In this document: positions 1 through 13,554 of the stretch, in pieces
Layout of the letters: every line of letters begins with the position of its first letter
Numbering within the stretch: the stretch's first letter is position 1
NCBI RefSeq assembly: GCF_964355755.1
Contig: NC_092677.1
Coordinates: forward strand, 25,717,175-25,781,174
Direction: 5' to 3'
Length of the DNA stretch: 64,000 nucleotides
Origin: Antedon mediterranea
Lineage: Eukaryota; Animalia; Echinodermata
Position numbers and translations under genes: made by a program
Notes under the pieces: generated by a model
The model's database searches: none
What the model saw: the letters and a program-made list of their open reading frames with translations, nothing else
What the model was told of the DNA's origin: nothing

Positions 1-552
1 ATTCCATATTGAGACTAGACTTTGTAACAATAAATATATTTGCATAAAATGGTCATCAAAATTAAGAAAAGGTCAAACAATCCTGTTTTTCCATTCAGGA
101 GAAACTTATCGCAATATTTTTATCCGCCGATTTTACAACAAATTTCTACTTTTAAATTGGTCATCACAATTTATGTCAACGGTCAAACAATCCTGTTTTT
201 CCATTCAGGAGAATCTTAATATATTTTTATCCGGCCGATTTTACAATCAATTTCAACTTTTAAAATGTATGATGCCTATAAATAAACAATATTATAATTC
301 TTTACTGACATTTCATGCATTTTTTATATTTAATTTATTGCACCGGAATATAAATTTTTACATATATGCAATTTTAGATCAATTTCAACCTTTTTGCACC
401 AGAATATTAATAAAAACGGTTTTTGTTTTATTGTCTTAATTGGTGGTCATCGCAAGATATTACAGTTAGATGTTAATTGTTAAATTCGTCTTCTTCTCTG
501 TACAACCATAAACTGTTTTCATCTGTATACAATTCTTTACAATAAATATGTA

Positions 553-691
553 AAGCTCTGTCTACACTATCAAAACCAAAAACGTGATGTGCCCATATAT
601 GACCATGATGATGTCATAGCACTACCATATTTAAGCATATCACTACCATATTTGGGTACATCACACTTTTTTGATAGTGTAGACAGAGCTT
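553..691. mobile_element. Abundant Harbinger/Tourist-like MITE family (representative copy)
   Basis: TIR AGCTCTGTCTACACTATCAAA...TTTGATAGTGTAGACAGAGCT flanked by TAA/TTA, with an internal ~20-bp repeat ATATGGTAGTGATATGCCCA. More than 25 full or partial copies, e.g. ~2894, 6451, 9330, 20950, 28975, 30650, 32750, 33050, 33655, 34627, 35441, 41720, 50130, 52966, 53322, 53700, 54137, 55045, 55226, 55712, 56022, 57520. Confidence 0.85.
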
Positions 692-764
692 TAGTGTGTG
701 ACGTTTCAACTTGTAGCTTTATTTATACATACTGGTTTATGTAAAATATTGAACAATATCTTAC

Positions 765-3700
765 CCATATTCTTTGCAGAAGACTACCCTGATGCGAGTT
801 GGAAGATGCGATGTGTACGCTTACTACCGAAATCTCAATTTGTCCGACACGGAAACATCCCAGGAATGGCCAGTGCAGTGGCGTTCCATTCTGAGGAAGC
901 TTGAAGGAGCTAGCCAACAGCGAGGAATCCTCCAGCACCAACACGTCAGCGTTCCATAGGAAACCTAGATATTCAAAACCCTAAAAAAGAAAAACAAAAT
1001 TTATATCAATTTTTTATTATTCAATTCAATTCAACTTTATTTTTCAGACAAACTATCCATATGAAAAATATACATAAAAAAAAGACAATAAAAAAAAGAG
1101 AGAAAAATACTGTACAAAGCATTATGTGACAACCATAATGAATCTGTTGACATGGTGCCTCTCTCCACTTAAAATACATTTTGGAATCAAACATTATTTA
1201 ATATTCATATATACAGTTTAACATTCTGTTTATCCTCAGAAAATGGATAGTTAGTCTGGGCATTCGGACAAATATAAATATGAAAATAGATCGACAAAAT
1301 TATAAGCGAAAAGTAGTAGGATTTTAAAGGTGGTCCCTAAATGAAAGTATTGAACTATGTTATGGTGTTATACTGTGCAACATATGATTGCTTAGCAGGT
1401 GCTCATTGATCACCTATAGAGAATCCACCTCCGGTCAAAAAAAATTCCTACTCCAGCATAACCTACTCCAGCATGTTATATACCGGCACCTTTCAATTCA
1501 CGGCATCTGATTGGTTAATCTATAGTTATTGCTATGCCTTCTAACTATAGACCAACTAAACTGCGCTTGTCTGTTCCTTCTATCTTCAATCGGATCCACA
1601 GGCACGGCGCGACACAACGATTGCGTAGCTAGCCCTAGCCTACAATGATTTACTTGTGTATGAACTGACTTAGAGGACTTTAGCGGCCAGTTAAAATATG
1701 AAGCAACATAGTATGATTTGGGAATATTTATTGCATATCTGGAAGCAATGAAGTAAAAAATGCAGGCCCTTTTTGTTTGCTTTTTCACAGCAAAACTGTG
1801 CCACAAACTAGGCCTACTCCAACCAAGTCCATGTTTGCGTTTGCTTCGGCCTAGAGCCTAGCCAGCCAAATTGGGTGGTACGGTAAATAAAACAAATATT
1901 TACTGGGCTTTCATCGCGGCATGGTAACAAATATATCCTTTTTGATCTGGAGACTATACTATTCTATATCCCTAGACTCAGCCCAGTAAATATTTGTATA
2001 CTATTTCACTACCATCATATTTTAGTAACATCAATAAGATTCATGTGCATTAAACTTTGTTATAGTCTACAAATGATAGGTTACAAAATATAACTTTCTA
2101 CAGTACTAATCTACTTTCTATTTTAAACATACTTTGACAGCTAAATCATTATGTGTACCATAGTTCTCATAAATTCCTTAAATCATTCATACCATAGACG
2201 AATAAGTCCTAACCTATTTCTTTATGTTCATATGCATAATCATGGGATTTGCGTTTCAAAACTAATAACGTTTTAATTAGGTTCCGTATGATGTTACAAG
2301 ATCAAGTCAACGTTTCTTCATCCGCAGGCGATGACATGTTATCTTAACTCTGGCCTAATCTGTGTTAACAAGTTACAAGCTAGGGATATCAATGATACAA
2401 GTTAATTACACAAGATAGCAGGAGGTAGTGATACCATTGAGATATTTAGTAGTGTTAACAAGATCCTAGGTAGCTCAAGGGGCTAAGTGTTAGGTGTGTT
2501 ATCGGCCATTAAGAGTTCTTCTTTACAGGGCAAGAAATGGCTACATCCTTAAATTCATAATCATTTTCATTATTTACCTCCACCAAGGAGGTATATGTAG
2601 TAGATCGCGTTTGTTTTTCTGTCTGTCTGTTTGTTTAAATGTTAGCAGGATAACTTAAAAAGTAATTACAAGATCTTTACCAAAATGAAAATACAGATAG
2701 ATATGTGGTCAAGGACCACTCCAATAAATGGAGGCAATCCGGACCATGGTCCCAATTCTGGACCACTTTTTAGTATAATTTTCAGACCTGCTAGTGTTAA
2801 AAGATAGGACAGTAGGCGGAGGTGTGCACTCTTGGAGTGACTTCCTAGTTTTTATTTGGTAAAATCTGGTTTTTTTTTTTATTAATGGACTTAAAGCTCT
2901 GTCTACACTACCAAAAATGTGATGTGCCCATATATGGACATGATGATTTCATATCACCACCATACTTGGGCACATCATACTCTTTTGTCAAACTAGTTTG
3001 ATAGTGTAGACAGCGCTTAAAATAAAGAACTATTTTCACTTTCATTGAAGAAGGATAAAATTATGTACAAACCTGAGCGCCCTCGTACACCGGATCTGAT
3101 GTCACGCTTCGCCAGTTACCGTGCTGTCCGAGACTTTCCACTACTCTGTTCAACTCAAGGCAGAGCTGCAATTTAACGATAAATTTAAATGATGCTAACG
3201 ATTCATAAAAAAGCGTAATGAAGTGTGTCACCTTATGTTAGCGTTGCAAGATGAGTGATTGACAGTTGGTCTTTTTCTTAGACAAAATTTATTATAGTTA
3301 TTTATTATTCTTAAAATGGTTTGATACATAAGTACTGCACCTATGAGCAATCATTGATTGCACATATTGGCACAATATAATTTCTTATATTATTTATTTA
3401 TTTATAGTATAAATTGACCAATCGGAATCAATGAATGATGGTCATACATTTTTTTTTTTGCCAGGAAGGTTCTACCCTAAATTTATTTATTTTGATACCA
3501 TAATGTGCAGAAAGAACAAACACAACAACAATCATTTGTATGGTACGAGAGATTGCTCTCTAAATCCACAAAACTTTGGAAGGTGGGACTATACCCGGGG
3601 AAAACCCTGGTTCAGAAAAAAAATCATTGTTAAACATTTCTTGTAAAAACTCATCAGAACTGGCTAGAGAGAGGCCTACATCCAGACCAAGTCAATACTG

Positions 3701-6115
3701 GGACTATAGCTGGGGATATGCCTGTTTGTGAAATCAGACATAAAGTAGAGGGTTGGATTAGACCGAAGTGGGATTATACCAGAGGATATAAGGTAATTAT
3801 TTTTAAAATATAATTTTTCATTGTTGACAAGTTATGACGTTTTGTAGACAAAGAAAAAAATGACACCCACATTGAAACTTTCTCATAATCTAGTTTCATT
3901 CAATTAATTCATTACTTTCCCTCTTTGATTTCCCATTGAACATCAAACAATCACTTTCTGCCCAATTAATTTTTGTTCACAGATTTTAAAACAAGCGGAA
4001 GATAACCACAAAATCAAAGACCAAACCAACACGTTCATAACCGAGTTCATTCATTCAGAAAAAATAAACTATATTAACTAAATTATCAGTTTCATTTTGA
4101 CATGTTGTTATTGTTAATCATCATATTATAATTGTTTATCTATTTATAAATCTATCCGCCCTACAAAAATAATTTGTTTAGAATTTTTTTGTTTAATATG
4201 CCATTTTAATGTCACATAATAGTTATTCACTTTGACCAAAAACCGGATCGAAAAAAAAAATCTTCCTGAAAAAAATGTAATTTACAACAAAATATACCTA
4301 AATTGTCTGTTGGTTTTTGGTTGAAATTAACCGATACTTTCGTAAGTGAAATAATTATTTTTATTTATTTATTCGTAAATAACTTTATTAAAACTGCAAA
4401 ATGGCTTATTAAAAATCTGATTTTATTAATCTTTATTTTTCATATTTTTGGAAACAGAACACCACCTGTGTATATACATTAATAGACAGGTGTGGCTTTG
4501 GGATGTACATACCTGTGCTAGTACATGTGTTTGCCAGACATCCTGTACAGCTATCAGTCCAAATCTATGTCAAAGGTCAAACAAATGTTCCTGGTTACCA
4601 CACCATAAATTTGCATACAATCTAGATATACTCACACCCAAGTGTTTCCTTTTACAAATATTACCCAATTGAAAAATTTTGTTCTGAACTTATAAGTTGG
4701 CATAAACCAAAACATGAAGATAGTGTAAAGCCTACCCTACTACTCTACTCTACAAAATGTACAGTTAGTATTAATTATTATAATATGAACAAAAACTGAA
4801 CCATTAAATGACACTATCATATCAATATAGAAATTATAAATCATAGAATTATTATTAATATTAAATATTATAATAATAATGAAAAGTTTAAAACACCATT
4901 TTTATTAGGATTCCCCTAGAACAGGTATGACAATGGTAACTTCAGGAAAAAATTTAACTTAACTTGTTTAGCAATATTCCTAATCAAACTGATTTTTTAG
5001 TTGATATACATAGTTTTGTTATGTATTTTTTACTACACAATTTTAGAAATGTGTAACAAAAAGGTTGATATTTGTATAGCTTTATGCTACTGTATGCCAC
5101 ACTGGAGAAATTATTGTCTGAACTTAATCTAAAAAGTCACTTACAGTATTTTGTAATGTGGGTTTTGCTTCAAAAATTTTTATCGAAAATGAATTGAAAC
5201 TTACCCATTTTCTAAGATAGTTCGAACCAGTACTTCCTTAACTCCTAAGTTGCAATATTTTTCCAGCGTGCATTGTCCGAGATTCCAGGAGGCAATGCGT
5301 ACAACCGGTCTACCGTTTTTTTCAATATTAACTTTCCATTTATAATCATCACATAGGTGTGTCTGACATTGGCATACAGGTTGAGTTTGTTTAGAGGGCG
5401 TTTGCGTAGCGCAAGAAACGTTATTTGAGAATAATTCACTTTGAAGTTCCGTCACCGAAACCGGTGTTGACGTAGTACTAAGACTTGCACTTACTACATC
5501 ACTAATTGTGAAAAAACAACGGATTCTATCGAACAAATACGTGCCGATTGACGGTAGGTGCGTAAGTTCCGACAAAACCTGAAACGGGCCGTTTGTATTT
5601 CTGTACGTAACAATATCTTCTGCTACTTCCTCGCGAATCCCACTGATTTGCACAATTTGCGCGGTCGATGCTGCGTTAATGTCTATCTTTTCTACGGAAT
5701 TGCACTTCGAATAAGTACTCCATCGCGTCCAGGATGGAAGACGTGATAAATTCGGGCGTTGTGTTCGAGACGGTGAACAGCAAAATTCACCGCAATAAAT
5801 ATTTGTACGAAAATTTTCCACTTTTAGAGCACCGACACCAGAAACTAATGCGAGATCCTCAACTTTACGAAAGCCCCCGATGTAATTCCTATATTGAATG
5901 ATATTACGCGCCACGTTACGATTGATTCCATCTAAGTTCATAAGCTGTTCTTCACAAGCGTGATTTATATCCAGTTGATCCATCATGAACTCCCCCGCGT
6001 TAAATGTCGCACTCAACTGTCGCCGATGACTGCGCTTTCTTGGCCGGTATTCATCATCGGTACGCAACTTACTTTTCTTCGGCCTACGACCACAACAACT
6101 GCTAACGGCACCCAT
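765..6115 (-). CDS. EEPD1: Endonuclease/exonuclease/phosphatase domain-containing protein 1 (multi-exon; 3' end uncertain)
   Basis: Phase-consistent GT-AG exons 6115-5205, 4564-4513, 3165-3073 and 980-765. N-terminal MGAVSSCC (myristoylation/palmitoylation-like), two ComEA-type HhH domains (LDINHACEEQLMNLDGI, IDINAASTAQIVQISGI), and the start of the EEP domain (VRIASWNL...LIAVQD...GFLWN...PFLGCFRVG). Probable 5'UTR exon ends at 12571 (donor GTAAGT) and splices to 6205. Confidence 0.88.
1019..1400 (-). mobile_element. Probable LINE 3' remnant with (TTGAA)n tail
   Basis: On the minus strand AATAAA is followed by a (TTGAA)3 tail, typical of CR1/L2-group 3' ends. The body is degenerate and the boundary is approximate. 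Confidence 0.35.
2573..2850. mobile_element. Non-autonomous Helentron/Helitron2-like element
   Basis: Starts TTACCTCCACCAAGGAGG, contains a (TGTC)n microsatellite, and ends GGCGGAGG plus hairpin CACTC-TTG-GAGTG and CTAG in a T-rich site. Confidence 0.55.
3575..3790. repeat. Dispersed repeat; second copy in inverted orientation at ~25590-25830
   Basis: GGGACTATACCCGGG...CCCTGGTTCAGAAAAAAAA...TGTTTGTGAAATCAGACATAAAGTAG matches the reverse complement of 25590-25780. Confidence 0.7.
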
Positions 6116-7912
6116 ACTGTAATTCACTATTGCTTTACACTACACACATCTTTATATTTACTGTGATAATAGTAGCTTGTTCATACTTGATTGTTCAGCA
6201 CACGTCTGAAAAAAAAAGTTCTGTTAAGTCACATTTGACAAACTGATGACAACTCACTTTCACAAGGAAAAACAATACACAACCACAATGAGAACTAAAT
6301 TATTGACTTCCGCATTGAGATCTTAAGCAACAAATTGAAGTTAATTCTATTTATAAATCATTATGTTAACATCAGCATCTTTAAAATAAAATGAAAGAGA
6401 TGTACAGTACAGTAGTGTGGTTGAACCTGCAAACTTTATAGATAACTTTTAAAGCTCTGTCTATACTATCAAAGTTTATTTGACAAAAAATGTGCCCATT
6501 TGGACATGATGAATCATCATGTAGTCCATTTGGGCACATCACATTTTTTTGATATGATATCATTGATATCATATCACTACCATATTTAAGCATACCACTA
6601 CCATATTTGGTCACATCACACTTTTTTGTCTAACTAGTTTGATAGCGAGACAGAGCTTTAAACTTTAAACACTGGCAGAATAGCATATTCTTGACATTAA
6701 TGTATGTCAATGCATTCCAAACATTCAAAATATCTAAGCTCTTATGGTAAACATGCAATGACATTTACTGTAATGTACAGTAGTGTAGGGTACAATTACA
6801 TCATCCACTATAAATAAAGGAAATGGTAGCCAATTCACAGAAAAGATTTTGGAGAACCCAAAGTAAACAAACCACAAAAAAATAGATTAGTAAGCAAAAA
6901 AAGAAATGATGAAGCACTGTATTTAATAGAATGCCATCCTTTTACTTGGTCTTACAATATATAAATGATTCAATATTTCAAACTTTACAGTAATTAATCA
7001 TCTGCAGAACCGAATAAAAATGTGGTTTATTAGAAAAAAAAATGAATATATATTATTAGGGCTTAACATATAATAGGCCTATACTCTTTATTTTGTATGT
7101 GGCTGTTAATTGAATTGTACCTTCATAAAATAACTGACTATCCTTGGATTTACTTCTAAATCCAAGTAGCAATAATTGTCCAGAAAAACCATCATCCGGA
7201 CATAATTGAGCATTCACATCCAAATTATGACGAGATCATATAGACAATTAATTAGCCATAGTTCGATGTGAATGCCACTTTTATGATGACAATATTCACT
7301 CCGTAACAATGAGTTTATTGTTTGTTTGAGACCTTTTACCCAGGAAGCCAACTTCCTTTAAAACATAAAGTAAATAAGAATATTGTTTGTAAGCATCTCT
7401 CTCTTTCTTAAAATAAAGTTCTGTCTACACTATTAAACTAGTTTGCCAAAAACATTTCCTGGCAGCTAGTGACTATGATTTTATATTTTCTTCTTGCGTT
7501 ATGTTTGTTTAATTTGTTGATTTGTATTATACAATATTTTGTAAAATGCGTCTTTTGCCTGAATAAATAATAATAATAATATGTTATGTGTCGAAATATG
7601 GTAGTGATACTTGTATACCCAAATATAGTAGTGATATGACATCATCATGTCAATATATGGGCACATCACATTGTCACATAAAGTTTGACAGTGTAGACAG
7701 AGTTTAAGAACAGAACATATCTCCTTCAAGTACAGTACAGTACATTTTATATTACTTTATTTTGTTAAAATGTTTTCTACATGCTGTACACTACAAATTT
7801 GTTTACATAACGACAAACATGTTAGGTTGATCTAATTAGATTTTTGAAGCCTTTTAAACTGTAAATCACTACAGTAATATTTTTTAATATGACTGACATT
7901 TGACAATGACAT

Positions 7913-8425
7913 TAGGGAGGTTTCGCAATCTTACGAATACGATAACGAAAACGGATACGTCACACACACGTATTCGTTTTTCGAGTCTGTAATAATCTGT
8001 TTCGCATGGCAACGAAATATTGAGGGCGCCGTCCAAAATATGACTGCGGTAAATTTGAGCGAAGCGCAGGTATGTGTTGCTTGGTGCTTGTCTGCCTAGG
8101 CCTAGCATAACATCAAAGCGAGTGAGAACTTTAAAAACTGCTATTTATCAAAATTGACCTGACATTTTAGTAAATTACTTTAGTAAATTACTTTCAATAA
8201 AAAGTATAATTATATATTATAATCATGAATCATTCCTGATTCAAATGCAAAATGTGCAAAATAGATCAAAAACTATACTCGTTTAGTAGTTACGAATATG
8301 ACTGGTGATATTCGTCAACACGAATATGCTTTACGAATATGAAATGGGGATCAGCTCAAAAGTTTCACAAATATGTGACGTATCCGTTTTCGTTATCGTA
8401 TTCGTAAGGTTGCGAAACCTCCCTA
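7913..8425. mobile_element. Non-autonomous TIR DNA transposon (~510 bp), copy 1
   Basis: ~50-bp TIR TAGGGAGGTTTCGCAA..TACGAATACGATAACGAAAACGGATACGTCACA at both ends. A closely similar copy lies at 23795-24305. Confidence 0.85.
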
Positions 8426-10083
8426 TTAATCTTACTGTCAAATTTTAACAAATTTTGGAAATAGGCTATATTCTATTATATGAAAACAGTTAAGAAGAAT
8501 AAAACCATCAATATATCACCAACGGCTCATAACTTTTGACAGCTTATATTAATTTCATTTGAGGCCTTGCAAGGTTGGATATATTACAATTTTAATTGTA
8601 CCATGAAATCGAAAAGGCAGATTGTTTTAATAAATTGTAATAAAACTCACCAACTTGGTTGGATCGTGTATCAGTGTATAGAGATATTGAATAATGTTAA
8701 AAATTACACGCAGCTGAACTCAAAACCAGTATACTAACTATCCAGAATTATAAAAAAAATCATCTTAAATCAATGATTTTGATTAAATATTGCAATTGTT
8801 TACATTTTTTTTCATAATCTTACATTCCTCCAGGCAAAAGTGTAATTTCACCCTGATTCCACAACATAAAAGAATTGTGTTGATGGACATAACAATTTTT
8901 ACTTAAGTATCTTCTAAATTAACTTTACTTAAGCAAAAAAAAAAAAAAATGTATTACCAGTTTAATTTAAAAGACAATTCTGGTTTTGGGGAGATTTTCT
9001 GTTTTCAATGTGTATGTCTGGACAGATGTGTACATTTAAATTTTGAAAGGTAAAAAACATATACCTTAAGAATACTACTGATAGTCTATGAACAATACTA
9101 TTGTTCTATTGTAATGAATCAGTGAATTATACAGTAATCCCACACAAGTCCCACACAAGTCCCACGCAACACTCACTGTCCATTATTTATTACAATAGAC
9201 AAAGTTCATAGACTTGTCTGTTGTCCCACATACTGTAAAATCAAATGTCTGATATTAGGCCTACTGATATCTACTTACTAACACAGTTACAACACTGAGG
9301 AATTATTTAGTTTCATTCCTCCATATGCCAAAATATGGTATTGATATGCCCAAATATGGTAGTGATATGACATCATCATATCCATATATGGGCACATCAC
9401 ATTTTTTGTCACATAAAGTTTGATAGTGTAGACAGAGCTTTAATAAATAAGGTGTAAAATAAATGTTATCAAGGGGATGTATTTCTGTTGTCCAACCAAT
9501 GCTTCGTTCATACTGTAGTGTAAAAGTCTAATCAAATCTAATAATCACTTATAAAAGGTTAAAAAAAAACCAGTTAATATACCAACAATCCCAGAATGTT
9601 ATCTGCAATTGCTCTGGTGTAACAAGTCACATGTTACTTTCGTTTCCTTTATTTTGCAATTGTGTTGTACACTATTGACCTCCAAGGAGGCCAACTGTTA
9701 AATACGGTAATTCAGTTTTTTTACAAGGCTGAAAATTGTTTCATTTTTATATTTGTCAAATAGAATACTCCAATAAGATATGGCAATTGTTTTCACCCCC
9801 AACGTGTTATTTTTGGAACAGTATATTTTATAATGATATTATTGTTACATTGAATAAATTCATCTGGTTCCAAATAATATTTTTGTGGATTTTTACTTTT
9901 ATGTTAAACCAAGACAACAAAAAGGAATGAAATTACCTTCGTGACGTTTCGCCGACAATCTGTCAGCTGCTTCAGACTAATGCCTGGGTTGGAATGGTCT
10001 GGTTTTTTGTAAGTGACGCTGAACAGCGCCACCAGCCGTCTGGTTGGTATTGACGGTAGAGCGTCTCCGCTGGCCCAATTGCA

Positions 10084-11277
10084 ATGGGATCTCCGGTAAG
10101 CCCTCTGATAGCGAATATCTATTTAGAATGGTTAGAAGAGGAAGCCATTAAGAGCGCAGATAGAACCATCAAACAACGTTTTTGGAGACGGTATGTTGAT
10201 GATGTTTTTGCCATTGTCCATAAAGATGCACCTCTCCCCCTCAATCGCCATCTTGATAGCATTGACCCGTCGGACAACATCAAGTTTACCACAGAAATAA
10301 TGTCAGAGAAACAAATACCATTCTTGGACATGATTATCACGATTAAACAAGATGGAACACTCGCTACCAAGGTATACCGAAAACCAACTCACACCGACCA
10401 ATACTTGGACTTCCACTCTAATCATCCCTTAGAACACAAACTAAGCGTGGTTAACACGTTAGTGAATAGAGCAGACACAATTGTTAGTGAAGAGAAAGAT
10501 AAAAAACATGAGTTGGAACACATTAGAAAAGCATTGAAAATTTGTAACTATCCAAAATGGTCAGTAGACAGAGTCGTAAACAAGAGAAAAGAACAAAAGT
10601 CAATAAACAAATCAGAAGAACGCCAAAGAAAGGAAATGGAGAAGATGAAAGCTCACATAGGTATCCCATACATACACGGAATTTCTGAAAAGATTCGACG
10701 CACTTTTGCTAAGCACAAAGTGAACACTTTCTTCATTCCAAGTAATAAATTAAAGAATGGACTAGTCCACCCAAAAGATAGAATAAAAACGGAAGACATG
10801 TGCGGGGTTATATACGAAGTGAACTGTCTAAACTGTGAGAAAGTATATATAGGAGAGACCGGAAGGGCACTGAATACAAGAATTGGGGAACATAAAAAAG
10901 ACGTATCAACACACAACCAAGTAGTTAGAACACGTGCTAATAGAAATTCTTCGTCCAAGGTTTTACATAAGTCAGCCATAACTGACCACGCTATAGGGAA
11001 TGACCATATTCCAAATTGGAATGCGAGAGTTATTGAAAAAGAAGCACAGACAGACAAAAGAAAAATAAAAGAATCTATCTGCATAAGAAAAAGACCACAT
11101 AATATCAACAGAGACATTGGTGGGTATGACCTCCCACATACATATGATAGTTTGCTGGAAAAAGTTGAAGCAGGAGGGGGCCAGCGGAGACGCTCTACCG
11201 TCAATACCAACCAGACGGCTGGTGGCGCTGTTCAGCGTCACTTACAAAAAACCAGACCATTCCAACCCAGGCATTAG
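10084..11277 (+). CDS. Penelope-like element RT C-terminal part plus GIY-YIG endonuclease
   Basis: MGSPVSP (RT motif B), RYVDD, IPFLD, VYRKPTHTDQYL, then GVIYEVNCLNCEKVYIGETGR...R..EH. Uninterrupted 397 aa, truncated upstream of motif B. Confidence 0.92.
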   Translation: MGSPVSPLIANIYLEWLEEEAIKSADRTIKQRFWRRYVDDVFAIVHKDAPLPLNRHLDSIDPSDNIKFTTEIMSEKQIPFLDMIITIKQDGTLATKVYRKPTHTDQYLDFHSNHPLEHKLSVVNTLVNRADTIVSEEKDKKHELEHIRKALKICNYPKWSVDRVVNKRKEQKSINKSEERQRKEMEKMKAHIGIPYIHGISEKIRRTFAKHKVNTFFIPSNKLKNGLVHPKDRIKTEDMCGVIYEVNCLNCEKVYIGETGRALNTRIGEHKKDVSTHNQVVRTRANRNSSSKVLHKSAITDHAIGNDHIPNWNARVIEKEAQTDKRKIKESICIRKRPHNINRDIGGYDLPHTYDSLLEKVEAGGGQRRRSTVNTNQTAGGAVQRHLQKTRPFQPRH

Positions 11278-11278
11278 T

Positions 11279-11311
11279 CTGAAGCAGCTGACAGATTGTC
11301 GGCGAAACGTC
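11279..11311 (+). ncRNA. Minimal type I hammerhead ribozyme motif of the pLTR (identical inverted copy at 9943-9975, minus)
   Basis: CTGAAGC-A, stem II GCTGACA/TGTCGGC, then GAAACGTC with a palindromic stem III. It deviates from CUGANGA at the last position and stem I is weak. Confidence 0.65.
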
Positions 11312-11829
11312 ACGAAGGTAATTTCATTCCTTTTTGTTGTCTTGGTTTAACATAAAAGTAAAAATCCACAAAGATATTATTGTTGTTCCGGAGTAAAACA
11401 TTAAAACGTAAGGTCCGAGATAGATAAAAATCAATACATACACCCTTCTTGAACAACGGAGTTACAGGCCTAATGATATAAGCCTCTTCAACATAAACTC
11501 CTAAAAGTAATGTTTTATTGCTATTTTTTGTTTTTTTTAAATCTAGGCCTACCATACTCTTCTAATAATCTTCTTAATTAATGATTAACGTTACTTACAA
11601 ACCTCATGTTTATAATTTAATATGTATTCTTTTGTGATAAATTATAAAATAAATAAAAAATGTAATTGTAATTCACTTTTAAATTGCATCCAAAACCATT
11701 TATAATGTTTTAAGGCAAACCACTCTTTGCAGTTTAAAAATATAAACAGAAAATAAAACATACATTGATTTCTGCTCTTACAGTACCTTTAGTAATTCTT
11801 ACCTTTAGTAAAGTTAAGAGGCAATGAGT

Positions 11830-12030
11830 TTTTTTTTAAACTCGTAGGGAGCCTCTTCTCTCATATGTGTGTATGTGTGTGTATTTGTCAAGATTGTTTT
11901 TGAATGAATTTACACTCTTGCTATTGACAACAGATTCGGGCAGCGAGTTCCACTTGTTAATTACTCTAGTATCAAAAAAATTATTCCGTTTAGTTGAGTT
12001 CCATCTAGGTTTCTTTAATTTCTTTAGTTT
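11830..12030 (-). mobile_element. CR1-type LINE 3' fragment
   Basis: The minus strand translates RNNFFDTRVINKWNSLPESVVNSKSVNSFKNNLDKY, the typical CR1 ORF2 C-terminus. Confidence 0.75.
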
Positions 12031-13554
12031 CTGGAAATTTTTCTGATTCTATAATGGCCACAGTTCGATCGAAGTATTCGCGGAAAAGTAGCTGTTTTAA
12101 AAGGCATTTTTTATTGTGATAAAGGTAATATAACGGTGGCTAAATCATCATGGGAACATGTTACAGAATGGCCCAAAATTGTATGATGTGGGTGTGAGAA
12201 AAAAATTAAGCGAGAAGTCGAAAATATAACAGTGTGGTGCGAAACTGCAGTAGCGCCATGTTTTAATGTATATACTGTGCAAACAATTGATATACTGCAA
12301 ACCAGACTAAGCTAGGCCTAGCCTAGACAATGTCTTAAGACCACGAACAGAGGCGGAGCGGAGAGGACCCGACACCCTCCCTGTTCCTCTTCCTTGACGT
12401 CTGTCTCATCTCACGCCTGCTTCCGTGTATTTACACACCATCGGTAAAGTTTGCGGACGATATTAAGCATGAATTTTAAATTGTATCGATTAACAATTCC
12501 CACAAAACGTACTCCACATACAATACTTATGAATGTTGAAAGTTAATTCGCATAATATTTAGAAACTTACCTTTAATATAGCATTAATACGTCTAGTTTA
12601 GTAAGAGATGAAACACGTTCGAAGATCGCAAGAAAAATCTTCTTCTCTCCAACAACCAACAAAACTGGTCTGAACAAAAATGGATTAATCGAAAATCTTA
12701 CGTGGAATGTGATTCGAAATTGAATATGGTATGATTAAAATTGGCAAGGATAATTGCTAGAAAATTGTTCACACTTATTTTTGCATTTCTTTTAAGCTTA
12801 TACGATTATTTTTATGAGCAAACGATTATAGTAATTTAATGTTTTGTAATGTCAACATTACATTTTCCCCATTAGAATAATGCAGCGGTCCTAAATTTAT
12901 GAGGGCGGTATTTATAAACTAAAGTTTTAACAAAAGAAAATCGATACAGGTATTACAACACAACTTTTTTTAACGAGAATACAGTATCTGTGGTTTTGTG
13001 ATGGTCATATTTCTGGTATTTTAGTGGCTGCCACAGAAAACACATACCGTACATGCTACAATTACCGTATAGAAAAATACGAAAAAAACTGTATATATTT
13101 TTATCAACAGAGCAAAATTTATTACTAGAAATTGTTTTATATTTACAGGAAAGCATAAGAAAGCACAGCAAAAAATAAACCCAACTGGACAGTTGAAACT
13201 GAAACTTTTGCAAGCTTCACTTTGAATACAACATACGCCTAGCTATGTATATTTGAACAGATTTGTACAGTTGTAGAATATATTCAATTAAAACTTGTAA
13301 GACTGGTAGTATACTGCAGTACAACTACATACATAGCACCACTACAAACTCCAACAGCATTGCACATGATGTGGGCTGGTGGCAATATTTATGCTGCGTT
13401 AATAATTGTCATACTGTATGTTCATTCGTTATTTCGCATACTGTTCAGTTTAATCAGCAGGAAAAAAATCTGGCAGAAAAATAACTCTGGCATGTGACAA
13501 TGTTTCTTGTATGTAGGCTGGGGATCATTGTTTTAATTTTTACTTTGTTAATTC

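Larger units (their letters stand above)
9873..11381 (+). mobile_element. Penelope-like retroelement, 5'-truncated, with inverted pseudo-LTR
   Basis: 9873-10076 is a near-perfect inverted copy of 11178-11381 and flanks an RT/GIY-YIG ORF. It lies in the first (5'UTR) intron of EEPD1. Confidence 0.92.

Noticed and set aside
50-265. ~110-bp tandem duplication and 88-aa ORF
   Set aside because: AT-rich local duplication with no coding signal.
10119-11241. Antisense ORFs within the Penelope element
   Set aside because: Shadow frames of the RT/GIY-YIG ORF with no motifs.
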